Origin: a virus
Direction: 5' to 3' (one strand)
Virus record (IMG/VR): IMGVR_UViG_3300032308_002092
Location: 32,001 to 96,000 of that record
Length of the DNA: 64,000 nt
Made by a program: the position numbers and the translations under genes. Numbering within the stretch: the first letter of the stretch is position 1; each line of letters starts with the position of its first letter. The notes beneath the pieces were generated by a model. It was given only the letters and a program-made list of their open reading frames with translations, was not told where the DNA came from and made no database searches. This document shows positions 1 through 9,435 of this stretch, piece by piece.

Positions 1-2
1 GA

Positions 3-95
3 TTTGCTAACGACGCTTCTATCGAAGCTGGCGACACTGCTACTGAGCTCCTTGCTCTCCGCGGTCACCCAGATATGCTAGCAGTTGGCGAGTAA
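3..95 (+). CDS. 3' end of upstream head-region gene (partial)
   Basis: Open frame FANDASIEAG...LAVGE ending in TAA at 93-95; not in the ORF track because it is truncated by the window edge. Confidence 0.6.
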   Translation, partial: FANDASIEAGDTATELLALRGHPDMLAVGE

Positions 96-123
96 TCATC
101 AACCAAGGGAAAGGGGACTAGAT

Positions 124-846
124 ATGGATAACCTCCAGAAAAGCCTGACAGAGCTCATTGATGAGACACTGGCAGAAATCGAAGCCCTCAAGAAGTCTGA
201 ACGCTATTCCGCTCATGAGATCGACCTTGCTGATGAGAAGGCAAACGGTTCCATGGACGCTAAAGCGGTAGCTAAGGCTGAAGAGGACGACGAAGAAAAA
301 GAAGATGAAGGCAAAGAAGAGTCTGAAGAAGCTAAGAAGTCTGACGATGAAGACGAAGACGACGAAGACAGCGAAGACGACGAAGCCGACATGAAGAAAG
401 CTGAAGAAGCTTGCGCAAAAGCTCTCAAGAAATATGAGATGGCGAAAGCCGAAGCTGAGCACAAGAAGAAGATGCTTGCAATGAAAAAAGGCGAGTCGGC
501 TAAGAAGTCTGACGACAAAGATGAAGATGACAAGGACGAAGAGAAGGACCTTAAGAAGTCCATCGACGCCCGTGTTGCTCCGATCGAGTCGAAGCTTTCA
601 GAAGTCCTCTCAGCAGTCAAGAAGCTCTCCGAGACTCCGGTTCCAGCACGTGGTGCTAGCTACCGAGACGTGAAGCCTCTTGCAAAATCAATCGAAGTTG
701 AAACGCTCACAAAGGCTCAAGTCCTGAATGAGTTGGTCAGCTTGAAGAAATCAGGTAAGGAAGTTCTGTCGGAAGACGTTATTCAAGTAGAAGACGGTTC
801 TGCAGATCACCTAACTATGGCTCGTAAATACGGCATCAAGGCTTAA
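124..846 (+). CDS. Probable capsid scaffold protein
   Basis: Very acidic, Lys-rich coiled-coil protein immediately upstream of the MCP; ATG at 124 follows AGGGGA; repeated LKKS/LAKS motifs. Confidence 0.7.
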   Translation: MDNLQKSLTELIDETLAEIEALKKSERYSAHEIDLADEKANGSMDAKAVAKAEEDDEEKEDEGKEESEEAKKSDDEDEDDEDSEDDEADMKKAEEACAKALKKYEMAKAEAEHKKKMLAMKKGESAKKSDDKDEDDKDEEKDLKKSIDARVAPIESKLSEVLSAVKKLSETPVPARGASYRDVKPLAKSIEVETLTKAQVLNELVSLKKSGKEVLSEDVIQVEDGSADHLTMARKYGIKA

Positions 847-866
847 ACTTTAGAAAGGAGTATAAG

Positions 867-2315
867 ATGCTACAGGATTCTTTGAATCAAATCCTTGCTG
901 GAGTTGAGCAAGGGCTTATCAGTCAGGAAGAGGTCGAAAACCTCTCCAAGGCATTGTCTGCAGGCGCAGGCTATGCTGGTCGTCCAACAGACCTCACCCA
1001 CGGTGGAGTCCTTCAAACAGAGTCGCTCGAAGCTACCCTCAAAGTAGTTACGTTCGACATGAAGAACCTTAAGTTGTGGCCATCCATCTCGATGGATAAG
1101 GCTACTAACTTGTTCGAACAATACAACCGCATTACCGGCTACGGTTCTGACGCTTCACCTTACATCGGTGAAGGCGGAGCTGGACAAGAAGAAGACAGCA
1201 CCTACGTTCGTGACGGACAAAGGATTGCATTCTTCTCTGAGCGCCGTAAGGTTACACACCAGATGACTCTGGTTAAGACCACGGTTGGCGACGTCGTTGC
1301 CCAACAGAAAAAAGAAGGCACGATGAACCTCCTCAAGAAGGTTGAGCGCGAACTCTACTGGGGTCACGCACACTTCGTTTCTGCTACTGGTCAATTGACT
1401 GGCCTCGAGCAAGACCTTCCTCCAAACTCAATCGCAATGAGCGGTCTCTTCAAGCAGATCCTCAAGGGCGACAGGGACATTCAGTTCCGTTCGGGTGACT
1501 TCGATGGTTGGGGAGCTGAGCAGCAATCTGTTGTTCGCGATCTCCAAGGCCTTTCCTTCAGCCAAGACGACGTTGAGTCTCTCGCTGTAGCAATCATGGA
1601 GAACTTCGGTACTCCAGGTGAGCTCCACGCTGAGCCTGCAGTTATCTCTGCTTTCGTTAAGACCTTCTATCCTCAGTTCCGTTCTGAGCCAGGTCTTGCT
1701 AACCAGACTGTCGGCTATGACGTAGCTAAGGTTACGACTACTGCTGGTCCTATCGACCTCAAGCCTAGCTTGTTCCTCCGTCCACGTCAAGGCGTTCGCC
1801 CAGTTGGCGTGAATGCTAAGGCTCCATCAACCGCTGGCTTGTCCATCGCTGGTGCTGCTGCTGGTTCTGGATCTAAGCTTGCTGCTGGTACATACGCTTA
1901 CGCTATGACCTTCGTCAATGACTTCGGTGAGTCCGCTCCTATCTTCTCGGCTGGCGTTGCAGTTACTGCAGGCCAGAACGTTACGATCACTGTTACTGGT
2001 ACCATCCCTGCTGACGTCAAGTACGTCAAGATCTTCAGGGCTGCTTCTGGTGCAGCTGCTGCCACGGCTCAGTTCGTTACGAACCACCGCCTTGGTCAAG
2101 CAATCGTTGACGCTGGTGAGAAGAGACCTGGACTCGGCGAAATGTTCCTCTTGGACATGAAGCCAGAGTCGATGAGATTCAAGCAATTGATGCCACTGAG
2201 CTCAATGCCTCTCGCCGTAGTTACGACTGCAATCGAGTTCCTGGTAATCATGTACGGAAGCCTTTTCGTGTATGCTCCTAGGTTCTCAGGTATCCTGAGG
2301 AACGTCGGTAAGTAA
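867..2315 (+). CDS. Major capsid protein, SPO1/Twort(Herelleviridae)-like, with a beta-rich Ig-like insertion near the C-terminus
   Basis: LSKAL..G..G..L..ESLE..LK N-terminus typical of Twort/A511-like MCPs; strong AAGGAG RBS; biased codon usage; followed by a terminator. Confidence 0.85.
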   Translation: MLQDSLNQILAGVEQGLISQEEVENLSKALSAGAGYAGRPTDLTHGGVLQTESLEATLKVVTFDMKNLKLWPSISMDKATNLFEQYNRITGYGSDASPYIGEGGAGQEEDSTYVRDGQRIAFFSERRKVTHQMTLVKTTVGDVVAQQKKEGTMNLLKKVERELYWGHAHFVSATGQLTGLEQDLPPNSIAMSGLFKQILKGDRDIQFRSGDFDGWGAEQQSVVRDLQGLSFSQDDVESLAVAIMENFGTPGELHAEPAVISAFVKTFYPQFRSEPGLANQTVGYDVAKVTTTAGPIDLKPSLFLRPRQGVRPVGVNAKAPSTAGLSIAGAAAGSGSKLAAGTYAYAMTFVNDFGESAPIFSAGVAVTAGQNVTITVTGTIPADVKYVKIFRAASGAAAATAQFVTNHRLGQAIVDAGEKRPGLGEMFLLDMKPESMRFKQLMPLSSMPLAVVTTAIEFLVIMYGSLFVYAPRFSGILRNVGK

Positions 2316-2343
2316 TTGTAACGATTACTGAACCTCCTCTAGT

Positions 2344-2384
2344 AAGATGGGCTTATCCATAGTGGTAAGCCCATCTTTATTTTT
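2344..2384 (+). terminator. Rho-independent terminator after MCP
   Basis: AAGATGGGCTTA / TAAGCCCATCTT 12-bp stem followed by TATTTTT. Confidence 0.85.
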
Positions 2385-2437
2385 GCCTAAAATGGTTTCA
2401 CTAGCCCTCTAAATCCCCTCAGTACAATATCATTATC

Positions 2438-2575
2438 ATGAATCCCAAACCATTTTTTACAAACTACAGGCATGTCACTAGGCTGCTAAGGTCTCTAGCT
2501 AAACTAGAAGTTGTACATGCTGATAGCATCCAAAACGGTCTGGTATTTAAGGTAGCGGGTCGAACACACGGGTGA
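2438..2575 (+). CDS. Small hypothetical protein (45 aa)
   Basis: ORF MNPKPFFTNYRHV... read by eye just downstream of a TACAAT box. Confidence 0.35.
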   Translation: MNPKPFFTNYRHVTRLLRSLAKLEVVHADSIQNGLVFKVAGRTHG

Positions 2576-2587
2576 ACGGGAGACTAC

Positions 2588-3028
2588 TTGAACATATTCG
2601 TAACCAGTAACTGCCCTAAGCGCAACGCTAGGCTCCTGGACAACAAGAGGCTGGTCAAGATGGTGCTAGAGACCACCCAGCTGCTCAGCAACACCTTGTG
2701 GCACCACTATGGCTCTGGACCATACAAAACAACCCATTTAAACCATCCCTGCAGCGTGTGGTTGCGTCAGTCTGGCGGCAACTACTGGTGGACTGTTCGC
2801 CTACTGGAGGAGATGTGTGCAGAGTATACCCGAAGGTACTGCAAGGTACACAAGTGCCAAGGCTTACTGCCTATGTTTCAGTCGGCCACCGTCGATGAAC
2901 AGCCCATGACTCCTTTCGTGAATTGTACCGATTTCAAGGACTTACCCACCTTCGCTGCGTACCGTAAGGCGATGCGAACCAAGTGGGCGAACGACAAACT
3001 CCCTCCCAGATGGACTTCCCGAACCTAG
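2588..3028 (+). CDS. Pyrimidine-dimer DNA glycosylase (DenV-like family)
   Basis: MNIF...DNKRLVKMVLETTQLLS and YKTTHLNHPCSVW...EYTRRY.KVHK motifs. Confidence 0.8.
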   Translation: MNIFVTSNCPKRNARLLDNKRLVKMVLETTQLLSNTLWHHYGSGPYKTTHLNHPCSVWLRQSGGNYWWTVRLLEEMCAEYTRRYCKVHKCQGLLPMFQSATVDEQPMTPFVNCTDFKDLPTFAAYRKAMRTKWANDKLPPRWTSRT

Positions 3029-3046
3029 TCTTCGGGTATAACTCCG

Positions 3047-3055
3047 TGGTATAAT
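3047..3055 (+). promoter_or_regulatory. Extended -10 type (TGGTATAAT) putative late promoter
   Basis: Same or similar box at 12192, 16105, 21508 and 58588(-) upstream of structural-type genes. Confidence 0.6.
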
Positions 3056-3087
3056 GTCTAGTGAATACCTCACCATGGAGAAATTAA

Positions 3088-3420
3088 ATGAGGGCGTCCA
3101 ATATACTCTCTGGCGCACAGAGAACTTCCGAAGTAAGCTTGGTTTGGAAAGAGATAAACTCTGGTGGCGGAGCCAGCCAGATAGAAGTACCTAGGCACAC
3201 AGCTATTCGAGTGCGTGCGACTGCTGGCACCGCTATTTCATTGGATGGCATCCTCGCTGCCACCATGATCAATGGCGAGATCTTGGTCTTCAACTCTGGC
3301 CTTGGTGAAAACTACGGCAGGGTTAGCGACCCAAAGAACACCGTGACGCTGGCTTGGACTGGCACGTGCTTCATTCAACTGGGCATGGAGTCACAAGAGC
3401 AATGGCAGGATGATATCTAA
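3088..3420 (+). CDS. Hypothetical virion-region protein (beta-rich)
   Basis: ORF with GGAG RBS in the late cluster. Confidence 0.6.
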   Translation: MRASNILSGAQRTSEVSLVWKEINSGGGASQIEVPRHTAIRVRATAGTAISLDGILAATMINGEILVFNSGLGENYGRVSDPKNTVTLAWTGTCFIQLGMESQEQWQDDI

Positions 3421-4433
3421 TGTCTAAGGCAATTAGGGAGCTGCTGCTCCGCAAGACAGACAACCCAAACCTCCGCTTCTTGATCCAGTCTGCGTCCGAT
3501 AAAGCCATCCAAGACATGGTTGTCGAGTCACTGGAGAAGATGGCGTCTTACGCAGGTAAGAAGGCCATCAAGATGAACGCGGCCGTCAGGGACTTCCTAA
3601 ACAACTCCCTAGCAGAGACACAAGCAGGCGAGCCGAGTCCTATGGAGCATCTCCGAGACGCACTTGGTCATCACGCTTCCCACTACACTGCGGCTAGGCA
3701 AAACGGCAACCAAGCGCTTGCCGATGAGCACGCGAAGCAGTTCCTCAAGCTGGGCCACCTAGCCCACAAGTTAGACTCTGGCTCTAAGACTATTGCTAAC
3801 TTCGAGCACCACGATGACATGGACTACAAGATCGGCATGCTGGATGCTGCCAAGTTCGATGCGCCCGACCTTCAGGCGTGGCAAGCTACTAGTCCACAAC
3901 ACTTCGCGAACCGCCACAAATCCTCTGGAGTTGATCTCCCTGGCTGGCGCGCATACCAAAAGCAAGACGGCGTTCGCAGCCGAGGCGACGGCGTCAACGA
4001 GCCCAACAAGTTCAGCTTCGCTTGGCTCGCGAACAACCCTCACCCAGACCACAAAGATATCGGTAAGCACATGATGATGGGTCACGACGAGTCTGGCTAC
4101 CCCATGGAGCAAGTACAAGTCAACGGCAAGCATATCCCAGTGGGTGTCGTAGAGTACAACCCTAAAGATTTTAAGCCTAACCCAAATGGCTCTGGCGATA
4201 AAGTTCACTCGCCACATCCATTTGATTACCATCCGATAGTCCAGCACTTCGATGAGTCGCCAGAAGAGCACGCACCTAAGGCAGAGCAGTACAAGAACAA
4301 GCTCGCTCTGTTCCACGGCGGATCACACGGTCTAGCCCTAGCAACTAAAGGCGCGGAACTCGCTCAACCAGACCACGGCAAAGAACCTGGACTAGTGGTG
4401 CATCCTAAGGTGAAGGTAGAGAACAATGCCTAA
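3420..4433 (+). CDS. Probable internal head protein
   Basis: His/Lys-rich hydrophilic protein; LEK motif about 40 aa from the N-terminus. Confidence 0.55.
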   Translation: MSKAIRELLLRKTDNPNLRFLIQSASDKAIQDMVVESLEKMASYAGKKAIKMNAAVRDFLNNSLAETQAGEPSPMEHLRDALGHHASHYTAARQNGNQALADEHAKQFLKLGHLAHKLDSGSKTIANFEHHDDMDYKIGMLDAAKFDAPDLQAWQATSPQHFANRHKSSGVDLPGWRAYQKQDGVRSRGDGVNEPNKFSFAWLANNPHPDHKDIGKHMMMGHDESGYPMEQVQVNGKHIPVGVVEYNPKDFKPNPNGSGDKVHSPHPFDYHPIVQHFDESPEEHAPKAEQYKNKLALFHGGSHGLALATKGAELAQPDHGKEPGLVVHPKVKVENNA

Positions 4434-6984
4434 GGGAGTAATCAAGACCAAGTCGCAAGAGAAGAAGTGGGACAAGGCCAAGGAAGCAGCTGCCGACCAA
4501 GGTAAGTCACAGCGCTGGCCGTTAATCATGCACATTTTCAAACAAATGGGCGGTCTCAACAAAGAAGACAACGACCGCAACGCCAAGATCGAGGCGGCAC
4601 TAGCGGCACAGGGTCGTAAGACTACTATCCCACAGGAAGCCCACGACGTTTTACACTCTTGGTGGTCCACAAATAAAGATCAAGTGCTCTCACCTGAGAT
4701 GAAGCAGCGAATGGCTGACATCAAGGCTCCAAAAGAGAAAAGAGCACAGTTCAAGATCGTCAAGTCCAAGCAAGAAATTCTAGATCTCCAGAAGTCACTA
4801 GAGTACCTCAAGACAGCTGTGTCCTCTGATCTGTTCAAGGCAAAGTCTACGAGACCAGAGTGGTCGCCGTCTAGGCAATATTCGGCCCAAGACACGGCAG
4901 CCATGCAACCACACCTCGACGCGGGTCACTCGCTACAGGAAGCTGCACACCTATCTGGGGTAGATCCGACTAGGTCTGGCCACTCGCACCAAGTGTCCGA
5001 GCTCTCCCCAGCGATGATGCAGCGTGCCAAAGCAGCTGCGCTAGACTGGGTCTCCAAGACGAAGCAACGTGAGGCACTCGAAGCCAAACCAGAGCACAAC
5101 CCAGAGAAGTTCGTATCCGGTAAGGCAGCAGAGATAGGACAGTCAGCTTCTGCAGCGGCTAAGTCGTACGCCGACTCGCTCAAGGAGCACAAAGCCTCTA
5201 TCTCACACATGCCTCCAGATGAGCAACTGAAGTCTATCCAGAAATTCAAGTCAGACTGGCACGCTTCCCCAGCGGCTAAAATGGCACACGTAGATGCAGC
5301 TAAGTCCCACGCTGATTTCACCTCGCAGGCTAAGGAAGCTAGATCTAAGGAACTGTACGAGCAGAGGAAGAACATCCTCATGGGTGGTCAAGGCCTTGAC
5401 TCACCCATGTCGACCCATACCGACTCAGCTATGGACCGCGACGAAGATGTCTTGTCGCAAGAAGACCTAGAGGATATCCATGGTGGCGACAGTCATCTGG
5501 GAAAAACTAGGCCCAACATCGAATTTGCAGATATTTTAGAAAAGATTTCTAAAAAGCAAAGCATGCAGATGTTGGGCAACGATCCTAAGGCCAAAGAGAT
5601 TGCCGACTTCATCTCAGATAAAAAACTACGAGACGATACGGGAAACTGGCTTATTCGTAACTATAGAAAAGATCCCAGTATTTGGAACGATGAAAATAAG
5701 AAAGCGATAGAACATTTTTCTGGTATGGGCCATGCAGATGAGGTAAATAAGGTTAGGTTTAGCAAAGACCACGACTTCAACTCAGGCATACAGATGTGGA
5801 AAGATGCAGAGAAGAAGTACCAAGATAAACATGCTGAATCAGGTCACCTTATAGAGCCGGACAGCAACACTAAAAAGATAGTTGATCTCGGCAACGGTTG
5901 GGGTTGGCACGACCTTGGTAAGGGCTCTTGTAGCAAAGAGGCTAAGGCCATGGGTCACTGTGGCAATGAGCCATCTGAAGTTGAGGGTGATCGAGTACTG
6001 TCGCTTAGGCACGACAAGAAGATAGGCGATAAAACTTATCATGAGCCACATCTTACCTTTATTGAAAATGGCGGCACCTTAGGTGAGATGAAAGGTAGGG
6101 CAAATGAGAAACCAAACCCAAGGTATCACCAAGCTATAGCAGAGTTACTCAAGAACCCAAGGATACATACCCTGATGGGTGGCGGTTATGCAGAAGAAAG
6201 CAACTTTGGCCTAAAAGACATGGATCCAAAGTTGGTCCAAGAGATAAAAGCTAAGAACCCTAGTTTAGAAGAAGGTATTACTAAAGAAAATATAGATAAA
6301 ATGCCCAAAAAATACATCGAGAATGTGTTGCAATCCCCACATGCCACTCTAGCTCATGTGGATAAAGCTATGAACGATGAAAATGACTATGTTAGAGCAG
6401 CAGCTGTGCGCTCACCACTCGCTACTTCAGCTCATGTAGATAAAGCTATGAACGATAAAGATTGGGGTGTTAGATTCGCTGCTCTAGAGTCCCCTCATGC
6501 TACTGCAGCTCACGTAGATAAAGCCATGAATGATGATCACGAGAATGTCAGATTGGCCGCACTTAGATCGCCTCATTTCACCTCAGCTCACGTGGATAAG
6601 GCTATGGATGATGAGAGCCCTGATGTTAGAGGTACCGCAGTGAGATCCCCACATGTTACTCCAGCTCACGTAGATAAAGCTATGGATGATGAACATTGGT
6701 ATGTCAGAGAAGCAGCATTTAGCTCTCAACACGCCACTCCAGCCCACATAGATAAAGCCATTAACGATAAGAGTTACGATGTTACAGCTGCTGCACTTAA
6801 TCATAATGCAACTACCCAAGCTCACATAGATAAAGCCATGAATCACAAGGACCCTGATATTAGAGCGCTGGCGGTAAATTCTCGCCATGCTACTCCAGCC
6901 CACATAGATAAGGCTATGAACGATAAAGACCCTGGCGTAAGGGAAATTGCTAGAGAAGTAAAACAAGGAAGGATGGCTCAATAA
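4426..6984 (+). CDS. Large modular head-associated protein with a PcfJ-like domain and C-terminal LRV/HEAT-like repeats
   Basis: EAKAMGHCG...SLR...PHLT...EMKGRANEKP segment; about nine 24-aa repeats containing AH[VI]DKAM[ND]D. Confidence 0.6.
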   Translation: MPKGVIKTKSQEKKWDKAKEAAADQGKSQRWPLIMHIFKQMGGLNKEDNDRNAKIEAALAAQGRKTTIPQEAHDVLHSWWSTNKDQVLSPEMKQRMADIKAPKEKRAQFKIVKSKQEILDLQKSLEYLKTAVSSDLFKAKSTRPEWSPSRQYSAQDTAAMQPHLDAGHSLQEAAHLSGVDPTRSGHSHQVSELSPAMMQRAKAAALDWVSKTKQREALEAKPEHNPEKFVSGKAAEIGQSASAAAKSYADSLKEHKASISHMPPDEQLKSIQKFKSDWHASPAAKMAHVDAAKSHADFTSQAKEARSKELYEQRKNILMGGQGLDSPMSTHTDSAMDRDEDVLSQEDLEDIHGGDSHLGKTRPNIEFADILEKISKKQSMQMLGNDPKAKEIADFISDKKLRDDTGNWLIRNYRKDPSIWNDENKKAIEHFSGMGHADEVNKVRFSKDHDFNSGIQMWKDAEKKYQDKHAESGHLIEPDSNTKKIVDLGNGWGWHDLGKGSCSKEAKAMGHCGNEPSEVEGDRVLSLRHDKKIGDKTYHEPHLTFIENGGTLGEMKGRANEKPNPRYHQAIAELLKNPRIHTLMGGGYAEESNFGLKDMDPKLVQEIKAKNPSLEEGITKENIDKMPKKYIENVLQSPHATLAHVDKAMNDENDYVRAAAVRSPLATSAHVDKAMNDKDWGVRFAALESPHATAAHVDKAMNDDHENVRLAALRSPHFTSAHVDKAMDDESPDVRGTAVRSPHVTPAHVDKAMDDEHWYVREAAFSSQHATPAHIDKAINDKSYDVTAAALNHNATTQAHIDKAMNHKDPDIRALAVNSRHATPAHIDKAMNDKDPGVREIAREVKQGRMAQ
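6330..6950 (+). repeat. Tandem ~72-nt coding repeats (LRV/HEAT-like)
   Basis: gctca[ct]gt.gataaagc.atg recurs every 72 nt. Confidence 0.85.
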
Positions 6985-7649
6985 TGGCCGATGATCACAA
7001 GAAAGTCCTAGACTACATCCTCGCCTCCCACTCACCTACGATTGGCGGGACCATACATCGTATGCGCGAGAAGTACCCCCATCTGAAAGACCAGGATCCG
7101 GGTGATCTCTACGAAGCTGCGACCAACGCGGCCATGACCGCTATCCACGGCCACGACCCAGACCGCGGCGCTAAGCTGTCGACCTACATGAGTCAGAAGA
7201 TCGCCAACGCCTTGCTTCAGCGCTTTCAACCTAGAGACGTAGCTGCAACCGACAGGGCAATGGCATCTGCAACTAGACCCGCGCAACAGCGTGACGTCGA
7301 CAGCGTAAGATCCACTGCGCCTTCTGCCTCCCGCGGCGAGATCGAGTCTGCTGGCGGTTCGGTGTCAGAAGACGGAGCTACCTCGGGTGTCTCAATCATA
7401 CGTAATACGGCAGCTGACTTTGCGGCTAGGAATCCCCACATACGGGCAGAGCTAGAGCGCAAGACAAAGAACTACGAGGCACAGCAAGCGAAGAAGCAGC
7501 CAGTGGTGCAAGAAGCGCCACCAGAGCTGCCCAAGCCTAAACCAGAGCAGCCGAAGATGATCGTCCGCAGGAAGCAAGTAGAGTCTTCACTGCAGCCAGA
7601 GCACCTAGATAGAATGAAGCGAATCGATGGGAAGAAGGTAACAGAGTAA
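6984..7649 (+). CDS. Protein with an N-terminal sigma-70 region-2-like segment
   Basis: DLYEAA..A.M.AI...DPDRGAKLSTYM..KI resembles sigma region 2.2-2.4. Confidence 0.55.
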   Translation: MADDHKKVLDYILASHSPTIGGTIHRMREKYPHLKDQDPGDLYEAATNAAMTAIHGHDPDRGAKLSTYMSQKIANALLQRFQPRDVAATDRAMASATRPAQQRDVDSVRSTAPSASRGEIESAGGSVSEDGATSGVSIIRNTAADFAARNPHIRAELERKTKNYEAQQAKKQPVVQEAPPELPKPKPEQPKMIVRRKQVESSLQPEHLDRMKRIDGKKVTE

Positions 7650-8470
7650 TGTCAAAGACCAATACACCAGATATCCCAATATACCCATTTCAAGCAACTG
7701 AGCTCGACAACTCGGTCGATCGCTATGGCGAGATACCCACAGTACAGACCATGAGAGATGTCTATTTGTTTGGCGTACCCCTCAAGTCCTCACTCACCGG
7801 ACAAGAAGTCAACGACACGATGATACAGACTTTCATCAATGCTGCTATTGGGCAACTCGAGATGGATCTGAATATCACCATCACGCCAACTACTTTCGAT
7901 GAGCGCCACGACTGGATTAGGCAGCAGTGGACCCACTCGTTTGGATGGCTGAAGCCAAACCACAGACCTATCATCAACGTGTCTGAGATGTCAATCGTGT
8001 TTTCGAATGACGAGCAGCGCTCAGTAACATTTCCCAATGAATTCATCTATGTTAACTCGCAAGATGCCGCGATACAGGTAGTCCCAGCGATCGGTACGTC
8101 AATGCAAGGCTTCCTAGTCTCAGTGTTCGCTGGTTCCCAGATGTGGGCACTATACAGTCAAAACCTAGGTTCGTTCCCCGGAGCAATTAGAGTTGTGTAT
8201 AAGGCGGGCTTCGAGAAGGACAAAATTCCATACATGATCTCCTCACTTATTGGGTTGATCGCTTCGTATAAACTACTTACGAACATAGGTCCGTTGATCT
8301 TCCCATTTGGGTCGTACTCGATAGGCGCAGACGGCTTGTCACAGTCGATCTCAAGCCCGGGTCCGCAGTTCTTGGCACAAAGGATCAACGACCTAAAAGA
8401 TCAGATAGAGCAAGAGATGCAGATAGCAAGACACTACTTCCTGGCTTCGCCACAGATAGATTGGTTGTAA
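7649..8470 (+). CDS. Head-tail adaptor / neck protein
   Basis: Y.AGF motif and SYSIGADGLSQSIS C-terminal motif typical of myovirus neck proteins. Confidence 0.65.
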   Translation: MSKTNTPDIPIYPFQATELDNSVDRYGEIPTVQTMRDVYLFGVPLKSSLTGQEVNDTMIQTFINAAIGQLEMDLNITITPTTFDERHDWIRQQWTHSFGWLKPNHRPIINVSEMSIVFSNDEQRSVTFPNEFIYVNSQDAAIQVVPAIGTSMQGFLVSVFAGSQMWALYSQNLGSFPGAIRVVYKAGFEKDKIPYMISSLIGLIASYKLLTNIGPLIFPFGSYSIGADGLSQSISSPGPQFLAQRINDLKDQIEQEMQIARHYFLASPQIDWL

Positions 8471-8472
8471 CA

Positions 8473-9435
8473 ATGAAGATAAAAGCACTACACAAAGGCA
8501 AGTGGCACGACGTCAAAGATATCACCAAGTGTGACGATGGCGTAGAGTATCAACTAGAGGGTATCAACGGCAAGACCTATGCCAAGGACATCAAGGACCT
8601 TGACCTAGATAAAGGTGAAGTCACTAACCCAGATGGGTCAGTAACTCGTTTCCCCGGCAAGGAGCAGCTTAAGAAGCCCTTGGCTAAGGGTATAAATCTA
8701 ATGGACAAATGGGCATTACTGAAGGCTCGTCTCAACCACAAGAACGCCTTCCAAGACATGGATATATTTACCGATGATGACGAAGAAGCCGATGACGACC
8801 GAGCTGACGGTTCCACAGACGCTGATAGCGCTGGAAGCATACCGGGAGGACCTGGAGGCCAAGAACGAGCTGGATACGACCAAGATCCTAATTCGCCTGG
8901 AGGTGATCAGGCAGGAGTTCCGCAGGAAGATCCACGTGGACTCCTACGAGATGATGGACGGGGAGGAGCTGATCAGGAAGCAGATCGACCGGTCCAGGAT
9001 AATGAAGGACTTCAGCAACCTGATGCCGCCTCAGAGGAAGGCCCTGGTGAACCTACTGATAACGCTGAACAGTCTGGAGATCTTCCGCCACTAGAAGGTG
9101 AAGAACTACAAGAAGCCTTGAAAGAGATCGGCTACTCTGACACCGAGATAGCATACATCCTACACGGCCATTCGCCTGCGATTCCCTCACCTGAGGAGCT
9201 TAAGGCGCAGCAATCACAGCAGAACATGTCTCAAGACCAAGAGGGTCACCACCTCACACTAGACCAACGCACTGAGGAACACGACGTAGACCTAGATCAC
9301 AAGAAGAAGATGCACGAGCTAGAGCTAGAGTACGCTAAGCGTGAGAAAGAGCTTAAACTGAAGCATCTGGAAGAGGAACTAGCCATAAGGCGCGATAAGA
9401 TGAAGAGTAAGGATTCTTCTGGAGGTGCTAAGTGA
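8473..9435 (+). CDS. Acidic low-complexity head-region protein with C-terminal coiled coil
   Basis: ORF; LDKG, LAKG and LLKA motifs. Confidence 0.55.
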   Translation: MKIKALHKGKWHDVKDITKCDDGVEYQLEGINGKTYAKDIKDLDLDKGEVTNPDGSVTRFPGKEQLKKPLAKGINLMDKWALLKARLNHKNAFQDMDIFTDDDEEADDDRADGSTDADSAGSIPGGPGGQERAGYDQDPNSPGGDQAGVPQEDPRGLLRDDGRGGADQEADRPVQDNEGLQQPDAASEEGPGEPTDNAEQSGDLPPLEGEELQEALKEIGYSDTEIAYILHGHSPAIPSPEELKAQQSQQNMSQDQEGHHLTLDQRTEEHDVDLDHKKKMHELELEYAKREKELKLKHLEEELAIRRDKMKSKDSSGGAK

